NCBI GenBank assembly: GCA_025594325.1
Contig: JANHCV010000003.1
Coordinates: forward strand, 496,001-560,000
DNA length: 64,000 nucleotides
Direction: 5' to 3'
Source of the DNA: Blastocladiella emersonii ATCC 22665
Taxonomy: Eukaryota; Fungi; Blastocladiomycota
Part shown: positions 1-9,540 of the stretch, piece after piece
How the letters are laid out: every line of letters starts with the position of its first letter
How positions within the stretch are numbered: the first letter of the stretch is position 1
Translations under genes and position numbers: made by a program
The notes under the pieces: model-generated
What the model was told of the DNA's origin: nothing
Seen by the model: the letters and a program-made list of their open reading frames with translations, nothing else
The model's database searches: none

Positions 1-1
1 G

Positions 2-757
2 CTGGCGTTCCCCAAGGCCAAGTACGTGCCGTACGTGATCATCAGCGCCATCGCCGCCATCGCCGCGGGCCGGTGCCACGTTTTCCTCATCTGCGGCATG
101 CAGAACCTGGCCTCGCGCACGTCCTCGACCATCGCCCGCGTCCCTTTTGCCCACCAGCTGTTCCTGTGGTTCTCGGGCCTCCGCGGCGCCGTCGCCTTTG
201 CCCTCGCCGTCCAGCTCCTCGACAACCACGACCTCTCCGAGTACGCGCGCAGCACCATCTTCGGCACTGCCATCATCGTCATCGTGACCACCGTGTTCGG
301 GCTCAACATCCTGACCCCGATCCTCATCGAGAAGCTCCCCATCACCGACAGCTCCGCAGCCGCCGCGACCGCCGGTTCGGGCGGGCACGGTGGCGACGAC
401 GACGCGTCGTCCGAGGCCGGCGACGAGGCCCTCGACGAGTCCGAGATCCCGCCCGGCTTCTTCGGCTGGGCGTACCGCCTCGACCGCGACCGCATCCGCC
501 CCTTCTTCACCAACCTGCAGAACGGCGGCCGCGGGCGCACGCCCGTCGGCGGCCACGACCACGGCAGCACCGCCGCCGGCCGGTACGCGCAGGTCGGCAC
601 CGGCGAGGGGATCAACCTCGACGACCTCACGGACGGCGACGTGGTTTCGCTTACGGCGCCGCCTAGCAAGGTTGGCGACGAGTTTGGTGGGAAGAAGGAT
701 GTGGCGGAGGTCGCGGCGACGGGCGCGATCCGGAGTAACGCTGCCATGAGCGACTGA
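2..757 (+). CDS. Na+/H+ exchanger (CPA1/NHE family), C-terminal part; 5' end lies outside the window
   Basis: The frame is open from nt 2 and contains the NHE signature HQLFLWFSGLRGAVAFALA, the final TM helix (TAIIVIVTTVFGLNILTP) and a hydrophilic tail. Stop TGA ends at 757. Confidence 0.88.
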   Translation: MAFPKAKYVPYVIISAIAAIAAGRCHVFLICGMQNLASRTSSTIARVPFAHQLFLWFSGLRGAVAFALAVQLLDNHDLSEYARSTIFGTAIIVIVTTVFGLNILTPILIEKLPITDSSAAAATAGSGGHGGDDDASSEAGDEALDESEIPPGFFGWAYRLDRDRIRPFFTNLQNGGRGRTPVGGHDHGSTAAGRYAQVGTGEGINLDDLTDGDVVSLTAPPSKVGDEFGGKKDVAEVAATGAIRSNAAMSD

Positions 758-1171
758 GTTGTTTTGTGTGGGCGGGCGCGAGAGGGCCGGTAGGCTGCGA
801 CGATACATGCGTTTCTGTATGCGTCGCATTGTCCTCGCCCCGTCTCGATCTGTTGAGGCCGCGGGAGGCGCGCCTCGACCTGGCACTCAACAGCGCGCGA
901 GGAACACAGCCGTGAGGCGCTAAACGACAAGCACGATGCGCTCGAGCGAACGAAGCGTTGACGCGCGCGAACAACGCAACGCGAGACGCGTCCACCTCAC
1001 CTGATGTGGTTTCAGTTCAGCCTCTCACTCCACTCCACTCCTCCTCCCTCTCGCGAGACACTCGGATTGAAGAACCGTGGTTTTTGTATTCAAATCACGC
1101 TAAAAGAAACCGAGAAACTGTACAATGGCCGCGCGCGCACGGGCGACGGCAGCCGAGGCGGGCGGGCGGGC

Positions 1172-1764
1172 CTAGTGCTCGAGCGACTTGAGCAGCTCCT
1201 GGTCCCACAGGTACAGGCCGAGGCCGTCGGCGCCGACGCGGTTGAGCTGCGTGAGCATGTCGGACAGCTTCTTGATGGCCTCGACCTGCTCGTTGAGGAA
1301 GTTGCCCTCGATGAAGTCGCAGAACTGCGGGTCCGAGTTGGAGTCGGCGAAGCCGTGCAGCTTGAGGAGCGCCTTGTTGACCTGTAGGAAGCGGACGGAC
1401 GGGATAGTTAGCGTCATGCTGGTGGGAATGTGGGCGGTGAGAAGCGACGCACCTCCTTCTCGAGGTTGAGGGTGAACTCGACCGCGTTCTTGGCCGACCC
1501 CCACTCGACCTCGGGCGCGACAATCGACTGCAGGACCACCTTGCCGCCGCGCATGTTCATGTAGTCGATCATCATCTGGGCGTGCTCGCGCTCCTCGTCG
1601 GAAGAAACTTTGAAGAACTTGGCCAGTCCAGGGAGGGCCTGATCGGCCCTCTGGAAGTAGGAATGCATGCTGAGGTAAATGTGCGACGCCTTGAGCTCCA
1701 TGTTCAGCTGGACGTTGAGCCCCTCCTCCGAGGCGGCGGCGTAGTTCTGGCGGGCGAGCGACAT
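1172..1764 (-). CDS. Ferritin, H-type (173 aa, 2 exons)
   Basis: Exons 1764-1453 and 1381-1172; intron 1452-1382 (GTGCGT..TACAG). Ferroxidase-centre residues match human H-chain E27/Y34/E61/E62/H65/E107/Q141: NMELKASHIYLSM, SDEEREHAQ, LEKEVN, LNEQVEAIK. Confidence 0.95.
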
Positions 1765-1835
1765 GTTGTTGATGATGGTAGATGCGTAGCAGAAGAGTGA
1801 AGTTGCTTCGTTGTGGAGAGAGAGGAGAGGGAGAG

Positions 1836-1858
1836 CGAGGGCCCGGCCGCTCTTTATA
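1836..1858 (-). promoter_or_regulatory. TATA box with extended GGCC-GGG-CCC element, upstream of ferritin
   Basis: The minus strand reads TATAAAGAGCGGCCGGGCCCTCG, about 90 nt upstream of the ATG, followed by a CT-rich tract. Confidence 0.7.
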
Positions 1859-2799
1859 CCCTCCCTCGCCTGGTCTCGGATCCGGCAACGCGGGCGCGGA
1901 TGGGCGACGGAAACACGGCAACGGCAACGGCAGCGGGGAAGCGAAGCGGCGCGCGCTGGTCATCGAGGCGGAGCGAAGTCAAGCCCTGCCGACCCCGATC
2001 ACCCCCGACCACCTTGACCCTGACAAAACGGTGCGCTCAACTCAAATTCTAACGCGACCTGGTTAGATCTCGCGTCATGGCGAGCTTCCTGACACTCGCC
2101 GCTCGTCGAACGGTGCATTTTTCGCTGAGAACGCGGCAATAATCGTCGCCGTGCGACGAAGCCGAATCAACTCACCCCGACAGAAGTGGCAGCCCGCTCA
2201 CTCGCGACGCTGACCAAGCAACACTTGGCGCCGCGTGCAAGCGCGCAATGCAGGCCAGCAAGCAAGGGATCAGGCGCAAGGAAGGGCCGATGCTGACGTG
2301 GCGAGCGGCAAGTGGCCGGAACGGATCGGATGTGTGTCGGCCCGCACAGGAAGGGCCGGAAGGAGAGGATCGTGCGAGGCGAGAATGGTGAGGACGACGC
2401 GAGAGGGGCAGGCATGAGTGGGACGGGACGAAGAGGGTCGAGGGAGAGGGTGAAGGGCGGCGCGAGGGACGAGGGACGAGCGGACGGAGGTGAGGTCCAG
2501 GTCAGGTCAGGTCGAGCTGGATCACAGGCAGGGGCGGGTCAGGCCGAGCTGGGTCGCGGGTCAGAAGCAGGACTGGATGGATGGTCGGTGGCCATGGTCG
2601 CGAGCGCCACGACTGAGAGATCTCCTCTGAACGACGCGGCCTGACGCCAAACAACTTAAGAACGCCGGGGAGAGCGCGGATGCTCGCCCGCCGCCCTCGC
2701 CACCAAGGGGACTCGACGGAGGGCTGCTGCCGGGATTCAAGGGGGGGAGTAATCCGATGGCCGTTGGCGTTATCTGATGGCCAATCAGATTGACCGTCC

Positions 2800-3395
2800 G
2801 CGGCCAACTCCGGCACGAGGTGGCGCAGCGCGTCTCCACTTCACCTACGCTGATGTTGGGACACTCTTTCTCCACCAGCACTGCTTCAGAGCATACGAGA
2901 CTTGATGCAACGGAGGCTCTATGATCATTGCATTTGATCGACGGCGACGGCGACGGTGTGACCGTCCGTGGAGCGGGCGATGAACGCTTTATCCCGCCCT
3001 TCGTCACTTCCTATCTCGTTCGACCACCGCAACTGCTGGACGAGAACGCAGATCAATTTGAATATGCATGGTGCGCGCGGTTCCAGCAGCTTCTCGCGGC
3101 GCCGTCAGTGCATCTCGCGGGCGTCCTGCAGGAGAAGCTCTCTGAGCTTGGATACACCGGCTCATATTCATTCGGCGTACGAGCGGCAGACGACGTGAGC
3201 ACCATCAACTTCGGCGGCAAGGAACACGGCCAAGGTTCAGGCGGGTGGAGGGCTACGAACTGCACGCTCGGCGCGCGCGGCAACGGCGTGCCTGACGTTC
3301 GGCGCGGTGACGACGATGCGACGCAGATCGTGGCCGAGGGCGAGATCGCGGTTCTGCAGTTACTCATTGACATCATCAATCCCAAGTTCGAGTAG
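2800..3395 (+). pseudogene. Decayed coding remnant or orphan ORF of unknown family
   Basis: The 155-codon open stretch 2928-3395 has protein-like composition but starts at TTG directly after an in-frame TGA. Upstream fragments (DVGTLFLHQHCFRAYET*, LQSIRDLMQRRLYDHCI*) lie in shifted frames, and local GC is lower than in the flanking genes. Confidence 0.3.
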
Positions 3396-3574
3396 CCCAT
3401 CAACGGACAACCGAACGAGCGAGATACATGTATGTCTCTCTCACAAAGCGAGCTCGTTTGAGCGAGATATATATATACGAAACTATGCACCCCATCATCG
3501 CGTGCCCTCCTACTGAGGCGCCACATCAGGACTAACCCGAAAGGACCCGCCGTCCTCGCTTCCGGTCGCGGCAT

Positions 3575-3727
3575 CGAGGACCCCATCTTGTCGGTCCGAG
3601 CCAGCCAATGCCCCCAAACAGACCTCGAGTGCGCCGCCAACCCACTCGAAAGGCACCGCGCATCTCTTTGTCACAGGTGAGGTCAGACTACGAGGACCCT
3701 CCATCTTGTCGGTCCGAGCGACAATGC
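3575..3727 (+). repeat. Two-copy imperfect direct repeat of about 37 nt
   Basis: cgaggacc(c/ctc)catcttgtcggtccgagc..caatgc at 3575-3611 and 3691-3727. Confidence 0.7.
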
Positions 3728-3829
3728 GGCGCGCGAGTCTTCGACACGCCACGCGCGGGGCCATGGACCGTCCATGGTACCGCCCGCGCGTGCGGCCGGC
3801 AGTTGTGGAACAGAATGCGCGCGAGCGGT

Positions 3830-4290
3830 GGCTACTACAGGCGAGGGAGCGTTAGTCGCCAAGCACGAAGAGGAGCGCTCAGAGTTGGATCCGTACCTTC
3901 GATGCGCGAAAACCAGGTCTTGATCAAGCCGTCGCAGCGCTCGAGGATGATGACGGCGTGCGAGAGCAGCCCTTGAAGGTGATGAGCTTATCGAAGCCGA
4001 CCGTCGACGAGACCGGATGGTGATGGTCTTGGCGACGCCGAATGGGTGCGAGGCCAACGTGGCGCAGGCCGCGACTTGGTGCGGTCGATCAGGTCGTCAA
4101 CGAGCAGGAGCAGGAGCAGCGCGACGCGAGCACGGGCCGATCATGGCGAGGTACTTGGCGATGCCGATGGCGCTGAAATAGCGCTTGACGAGGCTGCGGC
4201 AGCGCGCCAATGTTGATGGCCGTGGTAGACCTCGATCATGGCGACGAGGTGCTGGTGCTCCTTTCCCGGGCCTTGGTGGTACGTTGCAGC
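3830..4290 (-). pseudogene. Frameshifted pseudogene with its own TATA promoter and a remnant intron; family unidentified
   Basis: Coding-biased fragments switch frame: HLVAMIEVYHG / LVKRYFSAIGIAKYLAMIG / LLLVDDLIDRTKS / VGFDKLITFKG / AVIILERCDGLIKTWFSRIE. They are followed by a donor GTACGG, branch GACTAAC and acceptor CTGTAG. TATAAA lies at 4379-4374. Confidence 0.5.
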
Positions 4291-4353
4291 AAGCGAGGGT
4301 GGCGTAGGATCACAATTATGGTTGTGGATGGTTGATGAGGAAGGGGAGAGGGA

Positions 4354-4379
4354 GGCGGGGACCCGGGCCGCGTTTTATA
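4354..4379 (-). promoter_or_regulatory. TATA box with extended GGCC-GGG-CCC element, upstream of the pseudogene
   Basis: The minus strand reads TATAAAACGCGGCCCGGGTCCCCGCC, followed by a CT-rich tract. Confidence 0.6.
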
Positions 4380-4765
4380 CGGCGGACCGAGTTCAACCGT
4401 TCGCTGGACTGACTGGCGGTGCACTGCACGAGGGCGTGATATGCCGGGTTGACAGAACCGGCTCTTGGCCTCGTTCGAGCAACCGACCGGTCAGTCGCGC
4501 GCGCGAGACGCAATCGCGAGACAAAACGCGTCTCGCACTTCGCGCGTGAGTTCCACGTGATTGATACAACGCGTGATTTTTACCCCGCCCGCTTCTCACC
4601 TCAACCCCCGCACCTCACAGCTCGAGAGACAGAGAAGAGTCAACCACACGCTTTAGAAAATCAAATGAAAACCCATCAAGAACACACGCCGCGAACTTAC
4701 GAAATCCCCAAACTCTCCCCAAGATCACACACATCCTACTCTTTCTGCTTGCGCAGCGAACCGTG

Positions 4766-6816
4766 CTACGCCCGCCCGGCCGCCGCGCCATCCATGCCGT
4801 TACCGCCGCCGCCCTGCGCGGCGAGACACACGCGGATGTGGCCCGAGTGCTCGTCGTGCGACTGGAACGGGTGCAGGACGTGCATGCCGCACAGCGGGCA
4901 CTGCAGCCCGTGCACCTGCCCGCACCCGCCGGGGCACCGGCCCGTGGCCGCGTGTGTCGCGCACAGCGGCGTCGAGGCCGACGGGCTGCCGGTACCACCG
5001 GCACCGAACATGGGCGGCGCGGGACCGCCCGCTCCTGCTACCCCAAAGTGCTGGTGCGGGTGCGGTGGCGGCATCGGGTTACCCCACGGCGACGGGCCCG
5101 ACGGCCGGCGGCTGGGTGCTGCTGCTGCCGCGGCGGACGAGTGGGGCGGCGGCAGGTTGCTGTTGGACTCGACCGGCTCCATGCTGAAAATCACGTCGTC
5201 GTCGAACGCGACGGCCGAGTCGGACTTGCGCAGCTCGGACGGCGCGCTTGCCGCCGACAACGGCGCGAACCCGCGCTGCTGCTGGTGCTGCTGCTGCTGC
5301 TGCTGCTGCTGGTGCGTGCTGTACCGGCGCTGCTCCTGCGGGGTGAGCAAGTCGCTGAGCGACGCGGGCAGGATCCCCGACAGAAGCGGGTCCGCGGGGT
5401 CCTGGTCGTCGTACTCGTCGAGGTCCGTCGCGCTGTCGGCGCTGGCGAGCCCTGAGAAGTTGAGCCGCGAGGACCCGGCACCCGCAGCGAGCCGCGCCGA
5501 GCCGCGCGGGACGGACCCGTTCGCCGCGCCGCCACGCATGCTCGAAGAGGCGGTACCGGGCGACGCCGAGAAGGGCGCACCGGCGCCGGGACGACCGCCG
5601 CCGCCGAACTGCTGCGAGTCCATGCCGGCCAGCGGATCGAACCCGTGCTGCTGCGGCGCACCGCGGAGGTGCCCGTGCGACGACGACAGCGATGACGGCG
5701 GGTTGTAGTGCGCCCACCCGCCCGCGGCGCCGTTACCGCCGTTGTGCGACAGGTTTGCGGCAGAAGCGTCGGCGCCACGGTTCGGGACCGAGAGCGGGCG
5801 GCCGTTCCACGCGTTGGCGCCGGGCCCGAGCGGCGAGGTGCCGGGGCCCATGTTGTACCCGGCGTCGAGGCCGAGCGTCGACATGGAGTGGCGCTGCTGC
5901 GCGTGCGCGTGGGCGTGCGGGTGGGACGGCGCCGAGCCCGCGAGCTGCTGCTGCTGCATGAGCGCCGACTGGTTGGCGGGCGAGCGGGCAAACGGAGGAC
6001 GATGGTGGTGAAGCATCCCGCCGGCCTTGCCATGGTGTTGGTGGAACGCACCACCCGTGGCGGCGGCGTGGTGGTCCATGATATCGAGCGGGTTGGGTGT
6101 GTTGGTCGGGACGCCCGGGAACAGGTGGTGGTGGCCCGACGACTGGCTGTCGACGCTGCTCGGGTGGGCGCCGTAGCTGCCGCTCATGCTGGGCGACCGC
6201 GCGTACCCCGCGCCGTATTGATGCGGCGGGCGCAGGTGGTGCGTGTTGTTCTCGGCCATGATCGGGCGCGCGCTGGTACCGGCGCTCGGGCTGCCCGCAG
6301 AGGAGACGCCGTACGCGGGCGCGGCGGCGCCGCGGTAGGCGGGACCGCCGCCGGACGATTTGGCAGAGGCGGACCGCGCAGCGCCCGTGGAACCAGCGGC
6401 AGCGTGGCGCGGCGGGCGATCGACGTGGGCGAGCGCGCACTTGGAGCCGAACTTGCACGTGCCCTTGACGTGGTACTTGCAGATGACGGGCGCGGCCATG
6501 GCGTCGAGCGAGTGCGAGAAGGAGCAGTTGTCGCCTACACACGCCTGAGGGTAAGCGGCGCGCCCGAAACGAGGGATCACCAAGAGCGCGACGTACCAGC
6601 CGAGCACAGGCCGGCGCGAAAGAACTTGCACGGAATGTGCTGGGTCGGCGATTTGGGCCCGGCGGCGGCCGCGGGTGCGCGCTGCGTGGCGCGGTCGCGG
6701 TCGGCCGACCCAGACGCGGACGCCGACGCCGAGGTCGGGGCGGGGGCCGTGGCCGGACGCCGCGGCTCGAGCAGCGGGGCGTCCATGGCCAGCAGCTGGT
6801 GGGCAAACGACTGCAT
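4766..6816 (-). CDS. CCCH zinc-finger protein of Cps3/Lee1-makorin type (662 aa, 2 exons); no RING domain
   Basis: Exons 6816-6597 and 6534-4766; intron 6596-6535 restores CKFFRAGLCSAG|DNCSFSH. A second finger reads CKYHVKGTCKFGSKCALAH, and the Cps3/Lee1-like motif LPASLSDLLTPQEQRR is present. The C-terminus carries a makorin-type CCCH plus Cys-His motif. The start codon is the inferred ATG at 6816. Confidence 0.82.
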
Positions 6817-7478
6817 GACGGTGTTGAGGTGTTGGAGGTGAATGCGGATGGAGGGAGGAGCCTCGCGAAAGGGACACGCCAAAGGAGGAGATGCTGCTGC
6901 TGCGCACACGAGACACGCCGAGGAGGGTTCGTAGTCACGCGCGGCTCTGTCTATGGAGGGGGGATGGGGGGTAACAAGAGCCGGCGGCGGGGAGGAGGCG
7001 AGCGAAGCGGTGGCAGCGGCGGGCGGGGCTTGGGCTGCTCTGCTTGTTGCTGCTGCGGGTGGAGGGAGGGGACTACGGGCAGGACGGGGGTCGCGGGTGG
7101 CGGGCACGGCACGTTCACGACGTGCGGGATGCGTTGCAGCAAGCGGGGGGCGACGGCGTCGTCGTCGGGGCGAGGTGCATCGGCGGCGGCGGCGAGCGCT
7201 CAGCACGGAGCGCGCGGATTCGCGGCACCCGCTGCCTGGCTGAGCGGACCCCCGCTGCTCGCTCGCACCGTCACCTGACCCGCATGCACCTCTGTCTCAC
7301 GTCTCGCAACTGGCTGCGCGCACACACGCGTCGCGCTGTTTCGCGTCCGAATGAACGAACGAAGCGAGTCTATTCTGGAACGGGCCGAAGCGAGATCCCC
7401 TGCACCACTGCGTCGAGCGCGAGCCCGGCCCACGCGAGCACGTCGCGGTGTCGGCCAACTTCCCCGCCACTGCCGCTG

Positions 7479-8999
7479 CTAAAACAGAAAGTTGAGGTGC
7501 ACCGCGACGAGCACCGAGACGAGCGCGGGGCCCCACGTCGTCGCGATCGCGCGCGCCGTGCCCGACACCGTGTCGTCGCTGCCCTGCGGGAGCACCATGC
7601 GCTGCACGGGCATGGGCTTGATGTTGCGGGTGGCCGAGTACACGGCGCGGCCGCGGACCCCGTAGATGCACTCGTCGAGGGACCGCACCTTGAACCCGCG
7701 CGACTTGAACAGGTCGATCATGGTCGGGAACGTGTCGACGGCCACCTTGGACGTGTCGTGCCCGAGGTAGATGAAGTGCGGGTGGCCCGGGTTGTTGCGC
7801 AGCACCGCGTCGACGATGGCCACGCTGTTCTCCGGGTCCTTGAGGTGGTCGTAGTCGAACGAGTCGACGTTCCACATGATGGCTACGGTCTGCGGTTAGC
7901 GATCGCGGCGGCGAGTGGGAGGAACGCGAGAAGACGTACCGTCCATGCTGTAGTTGCGGTAGATCTCGGACGACAGCGTCGTGATGCTGCCGTACGGCGG
8001 GCGGAGGAACCGCGGCTTCCACCCGGCCACTACACGTACCGTAGGTCAGCAACCGTTCGGCATAACCACGCATGACGGACAACGTACCCGTCTCGAAATC
8101 GAGATCAAAGCTCGCAATATCCTCGAGGATCATGGTCTGCGAGCTGCGCGAGATGTTGTAGTGCGAGTACGTGTGGCTGCCGACAATGTGGCCCTGGGCC
8201 TCCATGTCCTTGAGCAGGCCCGAGTACTGGTCGAGGTTGCTGCCGACGACAAAGAAGGTGGCCGTCACGTTGGTCGCCTTGAGCTTGGCCAGCAGCGATG
8301 CCGTGTACTGCGTCGGCCCGTCGTCGAAGGTGAACACGACGGCGCGTTCGAGCGGGTCGAGCGCGGGGCAACGCGAGTACACCTCGTCGCCCTCGACCAT
8401 GCCCACGTAATCCGAGTAGAAGGCGCAGTCCTTGGGGCACGAGAGCTCCTCGCCGACTACACGAGTCATGGGTCGCGGTCAGAGTGGGATGGGGACGATG
8501 GCACGGGAGCTGCACCGCACGCACGCACCCTCACTACACGCGACCAAGAGCGGTTAGCATCAGATGTTCGGCGCAACGGCCCCGTGTATCGCCAATCGTA
8601 CCAGAGATAGTTGCCGCACGACGGCGCCGCCTTGGCAATGGGCGAGCACGTGTTGATCGAGGTCGTGACGCACGTCTCGTTGACGGGGCCCGTGAAGCAG
8701 AGCGACGCCAGCGTCGAGTTGGCCGTCTCGCCGCACTGCCGGAACCGCTGGAAAAAGCACGTGTTGGTCTCTACACCCAAGGCACTCGTTAGCCTTCGCC
8801 CATCCTCCCGCTCAGCGACCAACGTACGGTTCGTCGGGTAGCACAGGTCCGACTTCCACGCGCTCGTCTTGCACAGCGCCGCGCACGGATCCTGCGCCGC
8901 GGCGGGCTGCACGAGGACCGCGATGGCCGCGATGGCCACGGCCGCGGCGACGGCGAGGCCCGCGGGCCACGCTGCGAGCGGTCGGTGGGTTGGATTCAT
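7479..8999 (-). CDS. Secreted, probably GPI-anchored polysaccharide (chitin) deacetylase, family CE4, with a Cys-rich N-terminal region (402 aa, 6 exons)
   Basis: Exons 8999-8828, 8770-8602, 8533-8529 (5 nt), 8456-8088, 8029-7940 and 7882-7479. NodB motifs TFDDGP, HTYSH, RPPYG and MWNVDSFDY are present, with an N-terminal hydrophobic signal and a C-terminal hydrophobic tail (PALVSVLVAVHLNFLF). Confidence 0.9.
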
Positions 9000-9540
9000 G
9001 GTAGTCTATGCGGTTGATCTAGTCTATGCGGAGAGCGCGGACGTGGGCGAGCGCGCGTCTCCGTCTTCTGTGCAAGCAAGCATCCGAGCGTGGCGGTATC
9101 ATGGCGCGCGACGCGTCGAGAAAGCGAGACGGGAGACGCGAGTGTCTCCCCTCGCTCGCGTGACGCGCCGTGTTCTGGAAGTCCTGACTCTAAATTCACG
9201 AGCGTGTGGGGCAGGCCGCGCAACTTGGTCTCGTGGCTGCAGCGCCCCAAGGGCCATGACCGAAATGAGGTAGCGAGTCATGAGGCCGCCGTTGGCCGCG
9301 ACCGATGGACGCGTCGCTCGCCGCGCGCGCGCGCAAGGACGCGCTTGAGCCGCGCGCCACGTGCCGGCGTGCGCCACCCGGCCGCTCCTCGCTTTCGACC
9401 TGCGCCACCGCCGCCATGTCACCGCGTCCCTCATCCGGCCTCCGCTGCTACGAATTTCGCGCCCCGACTGCCCGCAACGGCGCTCTTGAATAGCCATCTA
9501 CGCCACTATCTGAGCGGCCGACTCTTCGCGCCCGCCCGCC

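Noticed and set aside
1765-1850. Iron-responsive element in the ferritin 5' UTR
   Set aside because: No CAGUGN loop or bulged-C stem on the transcribed strand.
4478-4510. Imperfect palindrome gcaaccgaccggtcagtcgc followed by (GC)n
   Set aside because: It is short with several mismatches, has no partner terminal repeat or target-site duplication, and is expected in GC-rich DNA.
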